Below, in pieces: positions 10,611-19,290 of a DNA stretch of 32,000 nt. The stretch comes from Crocosphaera subtropica ATCC 51142 (GTDB lineage Bacteria > Cyanobacteriota > Cyanobacteriia > Cyanobacteriales > Microcystaceae), in assembly GCF_000017845.1 (NCBI RefSeq), contig NC_010546.1, positions 1,590,001-1,622,000 of the forward strand. The letters are read 5' to 3'. A model generated the notes under the pieces. It did not search any database. It saw only the letters and a program-made list of their open reading frames with translations, and was not told the origin of the DNA. How positions within the stretch are numbered: position 1 is the first letter of the stretch; each line of letters begins with the position of its first letter. Both the position numbers and the translations under genes were made by a program.

Positions 10611-13583
10611 TTGGTAGTACAATTAGATTCTAAAACCTACGAACAACGAACCCAGGAAATAGCAAAGGAATTAATCGCCCAAACCCGTGAAAAACGCTCA
10701 TTATGGTCGAAAATAGGCGATCAGATGCGTTGGGATGATAAATTGTTAGATTTTGCGATGAGTAACCCTGGTTTACGGGTGCAATTATTCCATTTTATTG
10801 ATACGTTACCCGCGCTACAAAGTAATGCAGAAATCGCTAATCATCTGCAACAATACTTAGGGGACGAGTCCGTAGAATTACCGGGCGCATTAAAGGGTAT
10901 TCTTAACTTTACCGATTATAACTCTCTTCCTGCTAAAGTAGCCGCCGAAACCATCAGTAAAGCGGTGCAAACCTTAGCATTTAAGTATATTTCCGGTGAA
11001 ACAATACCTCAAGTCATTAAAACCGTCGAAAGACTTCGGAAAGAGAAAATGGGTTTTACCATTGACTTATTAGGGGAAGCAGTTATTACTGAAAGTGAGG
11101 CGAAAGCTTATCTCGATAGTTACCTCGACTTGATGGAAAAATTAGCCGATCAGTCGAAAAAATGGTCAAATATAGCACAAATAGACCAAGCAGGAGACAA
11201 AAGCTTATCTAAGGTTCAAGTTTCCGTTAAATTAACCGCTTTTTATTCCCAGTTTGATCCCATTGATCCCCAAGGAAGTAAAGAAAAAGTCTGCGATCGC
11301 ATTCGTATCCTTCTCCGTCGGGCCCAAGCGTTAGGGGTTGCCATCCATTTCGATATGGAACAATATGTTTACAAGGATCTCACCCTATCTATCCTCAAGG
11401 AATTATTGTTAGAAGAAGAGTTTCGCAACCGTAGCGATATTGGTGTTACATTACAAGCCTATCTTAGAGACTCAAAACAAGACTTACAGGATCTCATTGC
11501 ATGGGCCAAACAACGAGAGACTCCCATTACCATCAGATTAGTCAAAGGGGCATATTGGGATCAAGAAACCATTAAATCTGAACAAAATCATTGGCCACAA
11601 CCGGTATATAACCAAAAAGCAGCCACCGATGTTAATTACGAAGCGATGACCCAGTTATTGCTGGAAAATCATCAATATTTATATGCTGCCATCGGTTCCC
11701 ATAACGTGCGATCGCAAGCAAGGGCGATCGCCATCGCTGAAACCTTAAACGTCCCCTCTCGCGCCTTCGAGATGCAGGTATTATATGGCATGGGGGATCA
11801 GTTAGCCAAAGCGTTAGTGAAAACAGGGCATCGTGTGCGAGTTTATGCGCCCTACGGTAACTTATTACCAGGGATGGCCTACTTAATTCGTCGTTTATTG
11901 GAAAATACCGCTAATAGTTCTTTCTTACGGCAAAATTTAGAAGAAAGACCCATCGAAGAATTAATCGCACCCCCAACGGTTTCAGGAACAATGGAACGCA
12001 CAGCACAAAAAGAAGGTTTTGTCAATGCCCCTGACACGGATTATTCTAGGGAAGTATTACGGGAAAAAGCACAGCAAGCTTTAGTAAAAGTTAAAGATAG
12101 TCTCGGTAAGACCTATCTACCCTTAATTAACGGGGAATATGTACAAACTGATGTGATTATCGACTCTCTTAACCCGTCCAAATCTTCGGAAGTGGTGGGA
12201 CAAATTGGCTTAATTTCCATTGAACAGGCAGAACAAGCGTTAAACGCAGCCAAAGAAGCCTTTAAAGACTGGAAGAAAACCCCTGCGACAGAAAGAGCGA
12301 GAATACTCCGTAAAGCTGGCGATTTGATGGAAGAACGCCGTCATGAACTTTCCGCTTGGATCTGTGTCGAAGTGGGTAAAATATTACAACAAGCAGACGC
12401 AGAAGTATCCGAAGCGATCGACTTTTGCCGTTATTATGCCGATGAAATGGAACGGTTAGACAAAGGTTATAACTACGATGTCGCAGGGGAAACCAACCGT
12501 TATCATTATCAACCCAGAGGTATCGCTTTAGTTATTTCTCCGTGGAACTTTCCTTTTGCCATTGCCACAGGAATGACGGTTGCTGCGTTAGTGACAGGAA
12601 ACTGTACTTTATTGAAGCCAGCCGAAACCTCCACCGTGATCGCTGCGAAAATTGCCGAAATATTAGTGGATGCGGGTATTCCTAAAGGGGTGTTTCAACT
12701 GGTTCCCGGAAAAGGGTCGAAAGTTGGGGCTTATATGGTCAACCATCCTGACGTACATCTGATCGCCTTTACTGGGTCGAGAGAAGTCGGATGTCGTATC
12801 TATGCCGATGCTGCTATCTTGCAACCCGGACAAAAACACCTGAAGCGGGTTATTGCAGAGATGGGGGGCAAAAACGCTATTATTGTCGATGAAAGTGCTG
12901 ACCTCGATCAAGCGGTTGCAGGGGCTGTCTTTTCCGCCTTTGGATACACGGGTCAAAAATGTTCGGCAGCCTCCCGTATCATCGTTTTAGACCCCGTTTA
13001 CGACGCTTTCTTAGAACGGTTCGTAGATGCTACCAAGTCCCTCAATGTAGGGCCAACGGATGAACCCTCTACCCAAGTGGGGCCTGTCATCGACGCAACG
13101 GCACAAAAACGCATTCTAGAGTACATTGAAACCGCAAAACAAGAATCAACCCTCGCCTTAGCAATGGAAGCCCCTGACAACGGTTTTTATGTGGGTCCCA
13201 CCATCTTCGGGGATGTGTTACCTAACCATACCATCGCCCAAGAAGAGATATTTGGCCCAGTGGTTGCTGTCATGCGCGTCAAAAACTTTGATGAAGCGTT
13301 AGAAGTTGCCAATGGAACCGACTACGCCTTAACCGGTGGGTTATATTCTCGGAGTCCCGAACATATCGAACAGGCCCAGAAAGAATTTGAAGTCGGGAAC
13401 TTGTACATTAATCGGACGATAACAGGGGCGATCGTTGCCCGTCAACCCTTTGGTGGGTTCAAGTTGTCTGGTGTGGGTTCCAAAGCAGGAGGACCTGACT
13501 ATCTATTACAGTTCCTCGAACCTCGTCATATTAGCGAAAACATTCAGCGTCAAGGGTTTGCACCCATAGAAGGGGCCGAGTAA
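10611..13583 (+). CDS. putA: bifunctional proline dehydrogenase / L-glutamate-gamma-semialdehyde (P5C) dehydrogenase
   Basis: 990-aa ORF with a TTG start. The N-terminal PRODH barrel has HFDMEQY, RLVKGAYWD and IRRLLENTANSSF. The C-terminal aldehyde dehydrogenase domain has EMGGKNAIIVD and the catalytic Cys in GQKCSAASR. No N-terminal RHH DNA-binding domain. Confidence 0.95.
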   Translation: MVVQLDSKTYEQRTQEIAKELIAQTREKRSLWSKIGDQMRWDDKLLDFAMSNPGLRVQLFHFIDTLPALQSNAEIANHLQQYLGDESVELPGALKGILNFTDYNSLPAKVAAETISKAVQTLAFKYISGETIPQVIKTVERLRKEKMGFTIDLLGEAVITESEAKAYLDSYLDLMEKLADQSKKWSNIAQIDQAGDKSLSKVQVSVKLTAFYSQFDPIDPQGSKEKVCDRIRILLRRAQALGVAIHFDMEQYVYKDLTLSILKELLLEEEFRNRSDIGVTLQAYLRDSKQDLQDLIAWAKQRETPITIRLVKGAYWDQETIKSEQNHWPQPVYNQKAATDVNYEAMTQLLLENHQYLYAAIGSHNVRSQARAIAIAETLNVPSRAFEMQVLYGMGDQLAKALVKTGHRVRVYAPYGNLLPGMAYLIRRLLENTANSSFLRQNLEERPIEELIAPPTVSGTMERTAQKEGFVNAPDTDYSREVLREKAQQALVKVKDSLGKTYLPLINGEYVQTDVIIDSLNPSKSSEVVGQIGLISIEQAEQALNAAKEAFKDWKKTPATERARILRKAGDLMEERRHELSAWICVEVGKILQQADAEVSEAIDFCRYYADEMERLDKGYNYDVAGETNRYHYQPRGIALVISPWNFPFAIATGMTVAALVTGNCTLLKPAETSTVIAAKIAEILVDAGIPKGVFQLVPGKGSKVGAYMVNHPDVHLIAFTGSREVGCRIYADAAILQPGQKHLKRVIAEMGGKNAIIVDESADLDQAVAGAVFSAFGYTGQKCSAASRIIVLDPVYDAFLERFVDATKSLNVGPTDEPSTQVGPVIDATAQKRILEYIETAKQESTLALAMEAPDNGFYVGPTIFGDVLPNHTIAQEEIFGPVVAVMRVKNFDEALEVANGTDYALTGGLYSRSPEHIEQAQKEFEVGNLYINRTITGAIVARQPFGGFKLSGVGSKAGGPDYLLQFLEPRHISENIQRQGFAPIEGAE

Positions 13584-13587
13584 CTTG

Positions 13588-13625
13588 TAGGGTGGGCATT
13601 GCCCACCTTACCTATTTTCTTTTTT
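13588..13625 (+). terminator. rho-independent terminator of putA
   Basis: tagGGTGGGC-att-GCCCACCtta gives a 7-bp GC-rich perfect stem, extendable to 10 bp with one G-U pair. It is followed by CCTATTTTCTTTTTT and starts 5 nt after the putA stop. Confidence 0.7.
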
Positions 13626-13628
13626 AAT

Positions 13629-13928
13629 ATGATTACTTATATCGCAACGATTCACAAAGATAAGGATAGTGATTATGGTGTACAATTTTATGACTTTCCT
13701 GGTTGTATTAGTGCCGGAGAGAGTATTGAAGAAGCAAAAATGATGGCAAAAGAAGCTTTAATAGGTCATATTAATTTAATGGTAACTGATGGTGATGTTA
13801 TTCCTACACCTAGCACTCTCGAAAGTATTTTAAAAGATAAAGATTATCAAGATGCTGTTGCTTTTACAACTGTTGAGATATCAGAGGCAATTTTAACTAA
13901 TGAAAATCTATATGTAAAAAATATGTAA
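13629..13928 (+). CDS. HicB-like antitoxin-fold protein (N-terminal HicB domain only; no HicA partner and no DNA-binding domain)
   Basis: MITYIATIHKDKDSDYGVQFYDFPGCISAGESIEEAKMMAKEALIGHI... is the typical HicB/UPF0150 N-terminal pattern. The ATG at 13629 is preferred because the track TTG start at 13599 lies inside the putA terminator hairpin. Confidence 0.7.
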   Translation: MITYIATIHKDKDSDYGVQFYDFPGCISAGESIEEAKMMAKEALIGHINLMVTDGDVIPTPSTLESILKDKDYQDAVAFTTVEISEAILTNENLYVKNM

Positions 13929-14026
13929 AAAGCGAGAATTACTTTATTTAATTATAGAATTATAATCAAATTTTATACTAAAGTAATTATGATGATAAAA
14001 TTAAAATCAGCACATATTCAAAACTT

Positions 14027-15517
14027 TTAAAGTTTTTTAACAGTTTCAGCTATTAAATAATTTATGGGAGAGACATTTCCAAAATAACTAAGAATTGAAT
14101 TTCTCTGACTTTTAGGAAGACATCTAGAACCAACAGCAGAAGACCAAGATAACCAGTCTGCTTTACCTTCTTTGAGATGATCATATCTTAAATCAGGCAT
14201 CCCAAAACGATTTTCAGGTATTTCTAAAATCTTACTTTTAGAAATTTTTGAAGAATTTTTGTGTTCATAAATTTTGATAAGTAAGTAAGAATATTTCCCT
14301 GTTGTTGGTAAGTAATCTTCTACAATTTTCGTTATCCAAAATAGTTGCTCTTCAGTTACGATTTCAGCTTCATCAAGAAACTCACTAATTATCTCTAATA
14401 AATCTGACTTATTCTCGACAAAAGTAGAATAATAATAAATTTTTTTAATTAAATTAGGAAATTTGTAGAGAAAAATTTTAATATTCTCAAGTACATCTTT
14501 TACATTTTCTTTCATAAAAGTAAGGATTAAGTCTGCATCTGCTTCTTCTAATTCAGGATTATTAAGCAGATGGTAAAGATACTCTTCTTGTTCATTACTC
14601 AAGGTTAAATCATGTGATTCTTCTTCACTTTCATAGTAGTCTGAAATCATTTCTGTTCTCATTCTGAGCAATTGTTTTCTGACTTCTTCTATTTTGCCAC
14701 TTACTTCTATGATACCAAGATCACCATATTTAGTTTTTGAGCTATTTATATTAAGACCTTGTTCTCCAGCCCTTTGTTGAATCCATAAAAAATCATGATT
14801 GATTACTCGATTTTTATTAGCGAAAATATATATATCATCCATAAATCTTAATAAAAGATCGCACTTCAATTGCATTGAATTATCAATAAATTTTAAAAAT
14901 TCAGAACCGATTACTTTACATGGATGTATCCCTTTAGGAAGACAGTCAACACTTCTTCCTGAATTAATTTGTCTTAAAAACTTCCCTAAATGTTCTGGAT
15001 CTTTTGATCCTTGTTGTTCTTGTAAAATTCGTTTAAACCATTGAACTAGATCGTGATGATATATACTATTAAAATATGCAGAAATATCAAGTTTTAGACA
15101 ATATTTATAATCGTGATTAGCTTCAGTTACCGATTTCTTAAATTCTCTATAAGCTAGGGCAAGAGAAACAGGTTTACCTTGTTTAAAGGTATGACCAAAA
15201 CTTCTTCTATTTTCATTAAAATCTTTTCTAAAATACTTTCTATTCCGATAGACTAAATCATAGATAAAAAATTCAGCTACTGGGTCAAGTTTGAATGTAC
15301 TTCTTAAGTGCATATCATGTTTAGCACTGTAGCAACGAATTTGTGGAAGAAAATTATATTCTTGTGCGTCATCATTTTTTAATAATTTTTCGTAGATATA
15401 TTTATATAATTCTTCTCCAGAATTTTTAATTACTATTTCGTTAGTTGATAAAGGAAAAAAACTTTTGTGATAATCACTAGAAAAGTAGTCAATAGTATTT
15501 TGAATATTAAGCATCAT
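14027..15517 (-). CDS. stand-alone reverse transcriptase (RNA-directed DNA polymerase), UG/Abi (defence-associated, DRT-like) type with a C-terminal helical extension
   Basis: 496-aa ORF with RT motifs in canonical order: SAKHDMHLRSTFKLDPVAEFFIYDLV (fingers), LKLDISAYFNSI (motif A, Asp144 at nt 15086-15088), LPKGIHPCKVIGSEFL (motif B), LLRFMDDIYIF (motif C, Asp227/228 at nt 14834-14839) and GLNINSSKTKYG (motif D). Residues ~275-496 are Glu/Leu/Ile/Lys-rich and helical-looking, with no recognisable catalytic motif. Confidence 0.8.
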   Translation of the reverse strand: MMLNIQNTIDYFSSDYHKSFFPLSTNEIVIKNSGEELYKYIYEKLLKNDDAQEYNFLPQIRCYSAKHDMHLRSTFKLDPVAEFFIYDLVYRNRKYFRKDFNENRRSFGHTFKQGKPVSLALAYREFKKSVTEANHDYKYCLKLDISAYFNSIYHHDLVQWFKRILQEQQGSKDPEHLGKFLRQINSGRSVDCLPKGIHPCKVIGSEFLKFIDNSMQLKCDLLLRFMDDIYIFANKNRVINHDFLWIQQRAGEQGLNINSSKTKYGDLGIIEVSGKIEEVRKQLLRMRTEMISDYYESEEESHDLTLSNEQEEYLYHLLNNPELEEADADLILTFMKENVKDVLENIKIFLYKFPNLIKKIYYYSTFVENKSDLLEIISEFLDEAEIVTEEQLFWITKIVEDYLPTTGKYSYLLIKIYEHKNSSKISKSKILEIPENRFGMPDLRYDHLKEGKADWLSWSSAVGSRCLPKSQRNSILSYFGNVSPINYLIAETVKKL

Positions 15518-15536
15518 TTATTCAACATTCCCAATC

Positions 15537-16037
15537 TTAACTCCGTATTTGTTTCGTTAAATGTATCAATTCGGGTAGAATTAATTTATCTAAAGCTAAC
15601 TTAACCGCATTCGATGATCCCGGCAAAGAAAAGATCAAAATATTTTCATAAACCCCTGCGATCGCCCGTGAGGCCATGGCCCGTGAACCGATTTTTTGAT
15701 AACTTAAATACCGAAACAACTCCCCAAACCCCGGCAAAGTCTTCTCTAATAACCCCTCTAATGCGTCGTAGGTGGTGTCTCTAGGGGCGATTCCCGTGCC
15801 TCCATTGAGGATTATGACATCTATCTTATTCTCTTGTTTTAACTGCTGTATATGGGCGATGATGCTGTGGGGTTCATCCTTGAGGATGTCGTAATTAATG
15901 ATTTGATGGCCCGCATCTGTCAAACGTTGGTTAAGAAGTTGCCCACTGCGATCGCTTTCGGGGGTACGAGTATCACTTACCGTAACAATAGCACAGGCAA
16001 GACTGAGGAATTGGCGATCGGGGTGCGGAAGGGACAT
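15537..16037 (-). CDS. moaB: molybdenum cofactor biosynthesis protein B (MoaB/MogA family)
   Basis: 166-aa ORF with the motifs TVSDTR, LNGGTGIAPRDTT and SLPGSSNAVK. Confidence 0.9.
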   Translation of the reverse strand: MSLPHPDRQFLSLACAIVTVSDTRTPESDRSGQLLNQRLTDAGHQIINYDILKDEPHSIIAHIQQLKQENKIDVIILNGGTGIAPRDTTYDALEGLLEKTLPGFGELFRYLSYQKIGSRAMASRAIAGVYENILIFSLPGSSNAVKLALDKLILPELIHLTKQIRS

Positions 16038-16118
16038 GAGCTTAACTTAAAATACAATAACTGATGATGAGGTGAGCAGGGGAAGCAGGGGAAGACAACG
16101 GGAAAATACTCTAATCTT

Positions 16119-16155
<37 letters not shown>

Positions 16156-16161
16156 AAAAAA

Positions 16162-16497
16162 CTAAGCTTTAGAAAATCCTAACCCGTTTTCTTGTGCATA
16201 ACGTTCCATAAAACGCATAAAGCGATCCCATTCATCTTGGGAGTTCATAATTAAAATAGCTTCGACGGAGGTGGGTTTTCCGTTGATAAATTTTCCTTTA
16301 ACCTCACGGGTAACGATTTCTCCCTCTTCATCGACGAGATACATTCCTGTAATATCATCAGTGCTTTCAGCATCTAAAATGGTAGGAGATTCAAAGCGAA
16401 AGGTTGCGGTTCCACTGTTTCCACTTTTAGCACGAGTTAAACGCACTTCGGGAACGACAGGTTCGGAAACACCACGAGAAAATTGAATTTGAGCCAT
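16162..16497 (-). CDS. psb28: photosystem II assembly factor Psb28
   Basis: 111-aa [39 protein letters not shown]...[11 protein letters not shown]...KGKFINGKP, a full-length Psb28 pattern. Confidence 0.93.
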   Translation of the reverse strand: MAQIQFSRGVSEPVVPEVRLTRAKSGNSGTATFRFESPTILDAESTDDITGMYLVDEEGEIVTREVKGKFINGKPTSVEAILIMNSQDEWDRFMRFMERYAQENGLGFSKA

Positions 16498-16607
16498 GCT
16501 TGTTATCCTTTAATTAAATTTACATGATCCTCAATTTATCATTTCATCAACTCCTTATGATAGAGATCATTGTCTAAGTGCTATCTATTCTGGTCAAATC
16601 ATTGCCT

Positions 16608-18107
16608 ATGACTCTCTTAGAAGCAGAAGTTCATCTTTCCTTACGGGAATTTTTACGGGATCAAGGGGAACCCCTTTGGGATCACCATTTGACCATGGCC
16701 CGTTTAGTGTCTCGCGCTTTACGTTTAAATCGATCTGCTTTGATTCAAACAGGAAGCACTTTTTCTCGTTATGGATTAAGTTATTTAATGCCGTGTTTAT
16801 TAAGCGATCGCCCTATTTTATTGGTGGTTCCTTTAAACATTCAAAAACAATTAATCGAACAAGATATTCCCTATCTTCAGCAATGGTTAAATACAAAGAA
16901 AACCATTATTAATCAAGACCAAACCGTTGATTTTGAAACCTTTCAGGGATTATTGATTGTTTCTCCTGATGTTTGGTTAGGCGATCGCTTGGAAAATAAG
17001 GGTCAGTTTCCTGATGATATTGTTACTTTAATTGACCAAGCTGATTATTTAGAAGAATGGACAAAGGATTATTTAACTATGACCCTTGCTTCTGATGATT
17101 GGCAACAATTACAACAACAATATCCTGCCTATGGTAACTTAATTCAAGAAGTTAGGTTTTTCTTAAAAAAATCAATTTTTAGTCATCCTAATAGTCCCTA
17201 TCAATGCTGTTTACTGGATCAAGAAGAAAAAGAGAGTTTGTCTCATCTTTGTGCAACCCTAAATAAGAATCCTTTATTAAACCGTTTTGCCCAATCTCTT
17301 GATAATCAAAATCAACTTTTATGGGCATCGGTTGATCGAGAAAAAAATACCTTTTTTATTCATGTAAGTCCTTTAGATATTTCTTCTATTTTATCTCCTT
17401 ATTTAAATCATTCTACGATTGTTTTAATGGGGGGATTTCTGGATAGTCAAAAAGCCGCACCCACCTATAAGAAAACGATTGGCTTAGCCCAAGATATTTT
17501 ATGTTTAAAATTTCACCCCCATCGTCAAAATGAATTAATTAATTTATATATTCGTGAGCGTTTACCGATGCCCAATACACCAGAATTCCAAAGGATATTA
17601 ATCGAAGAAGTTAGAAAGCTGGTTTTTGGGGGTTACGAAAGCTTAAAACCGATTACGATTATTGTAGACGATGTTCCTTCTAAGGCACAGGTTGCTACCT
17701 TTTTGGCTGCGGAGTTTGGCTCACAGGTAAAAGTTGAAAAGGCTGATATTGATGATAATAGCATTTTAATTAGTGGCTGGAAATTTTGGCATAATCATCA
17801 AGGAAAATTACCGATTCCAAAACTATTTATTATTGCAACTTTACCTATTCCTTCCCTAGAGAATCCTCTAGTTGCTGCTCAAGTTAATTATTATAAAAAA
17901 CAACATAAAGATTGGTTTAGATTTTATCTTTTACCCACTGCTTTAAAGGAAATTCAAAGAGCAGTGATGCCTTTACGGGAGTCTCAAGGAATTGTTGCTT
18001 TATTAGACAATCGGGTTAATTATCGTAGTTATGGTAATCGAATTTTAACTGCGTTAGAACCCTATGCTAAGATTGATTATATTGATAGCAATTGGTTAAA
18101 CGGTTAA
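16608..18107 (+). CDS. DinG/Rad3-like helicase-family protein with degenerate ATPase motifs
   Basis: The ATG at 16608 is preferred over the GTG at 16578. WDHHLTMARLVSRALRL..SALIQTG and the C-terminal QGIVALLDNRVNYRSYGNRILTALEP resemble DinG motifs I and VI. The Walker A site reads TGSTFSRYG (no GKT) and Walker B reads LIDQADYL (no DEAH). Confidence 0.6.
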   Translation: MTLLEAEVHLSLREFLRDQGEPLWDHHLTMARLVSRALRLNRSALIQTGSTFSRYGLSYLMPCLLSDRPILLVVPLNIQKQLIEQDIPYLQQWLNTKKTIINQDQTVDFETFQGLLIVSPDVWLGDRLENKGQFPDDIVTLIDQADYLEEWTKDYLTMTLASDDWQQLQQQYPAYGNLIQEVRFFLKKSIFSHPNSPYQCCLLDQEEKESLSHLCATLNKNPLLNRFAQSLDNQNQLLWASVDREKNTFFIHVSPLDISSILSPYLNHSTIVLMGGFLDSQKAAPTYKKTIGLAQDILCLKFHPHRQNELINLYIRERLPMPNTPEFQRILIEEVRKLVFGGYESLKPITIIVDDVPSKAQVATFLAAEFGSQVKVEKADIDDNSILISGWKFWHNHQGKLPIPKLFIIATLPIPSLENPLVAAQVNYYKKQHKDWFRFYLLPTALKEIQRAVMPLRESQGIVALLDNRVNYRSYGNRILTALEPYAKIDYIDSNWLNG

Positions 18108-18139
18108 GTATTCATTTTCTTAAAATATCATAGAATTTC

Positions 18140-19153
18140 TCAATTTGTCTCTGAAACTTTTACTTCATTGATTAACTCATTTCCCTGTTCCCAACTACTA
18201 ATATTAGCGATGGTTGTTTGAGCAATAGCTATCAAAGCATCCTTAGTAAAAAATGCTTGATGAGCAGTAATTACAACATTTTGAAAAGATTGTAGTAGTT
18301 GAAAGGTGTCATCCTGAATAATATTGTTAGAATGGTCTTCAAAAAACAGTTCATCTTCTTCTTCATAGACATCTAAACCAACATAACCTATCCGACCTGA
18401 TTTTATTCCATCAATAACAGCACGAGTATTCACCAATTGTCCACGGCTAGTATTAATTAACATAACACCTTGTTTCATTTGTTGGATAGTTTCTTGATTA
18501 ATAAGATGATAAGTTGAGGGTACTAAGGGACAGTGAAGGGAGATAATATCAGACTTAGCTAATAATTCTGGTAAATCAACGTATTTAGCCCCTGCTATCG
18601 CTGTAAAATCTTCATTGGGATTAACATCATAGCCTAGTAGATGACAACCAAACCCCTGCATAATTTGAGCAAAAATGGTGCCAATATTACCAGTACCAAT
18701 TACCCCTACGGTACTTTTATGTAAGTCAAATCCTAATAAACCATCCAGGGTAAAATTATCATCTCTAACTCGATTGTAAGCTTTATTCAATTTTCTATTT
18801 AGCATCAAGATTAACCCCACTGCGTGTTCTGCCACTGCGTAGGGAGAATAGGCAGGAACTCTGACAACTCTTAAGCCTAATTCACTAGCTGCTTGGGCAT
18901 CAATCATATTATATCCAGCACAACGTAAGGCAATTAATTCAGTTCCCTGTTCCGCTAAAATCTTTAAGGTTGTTTGATCAGCTACGTCATTGACGAATAT
19001 ACAAACGCAAGGAAAACCATTAGCAAGAGAGGCTGTTTTTGAGTTTAATTTAGTTTCAAAGTATTCCAATTGGTGGGGAGAGTTATTCGCTATATTTGCA
19101 CGATCTAAAAAGTAACGATCATAGGAACGGGTACTAAAAACAGCAACTTTCAT
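18140..19153 (-). CDS. ldhA: D-lactate dehydrogenase / D-isomer-specific 2-hydroxyacid dehydrogenase
   Basis: 337-aa ORF with an MKVAVFSTRSYDR start, NAD motif GVIGTGNIG, INTSRG (Arg), VGLDVYEEE (Glu) and ITAHQAF (His). Confidence 0.85.
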   Translation of the reverse strand: MKVAVFSTRSYDRYFLDRANIANNSPHQLEYFETKLNSKTASLANGFPCVCIFVNDVADQTTLKILAEQGTELIALRCAGYNMIDAQAASELGLRVVRVPAYSPYAVAEHAVGLILMLNRKLNKAYNRVRDDNFTLDGLLGFDLHKSTVGVIGTGNIGTIFAQIMQGFGCHLLGYDVNPNEDFTAIAGAKYVDLPELLAKSDIISLHCPLVPSTYHLINQETIQQMKQGVMLINTSRGQLVNTRAVIDGIKSGRIGYVGLDVYEEEDELFFEDHSNNIIQDDTFQLLQSFQNVVITAHQAFFTKDALIAIAQTTIANISSWEQGNELINEVKVSETN

Positions 19154-19290
19154 AACCAGTAAAATTAAGTGTTAGTTAATATATATTAGAACTATAATAA
19201 TAGTAACAAAATTCTTATAGATGTCAAATAAATTATGTTTATCAATTTTATGTATCTAGTATAAAATTAAGGCTAATATAAAGTTATCAA

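Noticed and set aside
13929-15536. Whether the RT belongs to a retron, group II intron, DGR or CRISPR-associated class.
   Set aside because: There is no maturase/En domain and no intron domain V-like RNA. Upstream there are only 19 bp, which is no room for msr/msd. Motif B is LPKG....IGSEF rather than the DGR IGNxxSQ type, and I saw no template/variable repeat pair. There are no cas genes or repeat-spacer array anywhere in the window.
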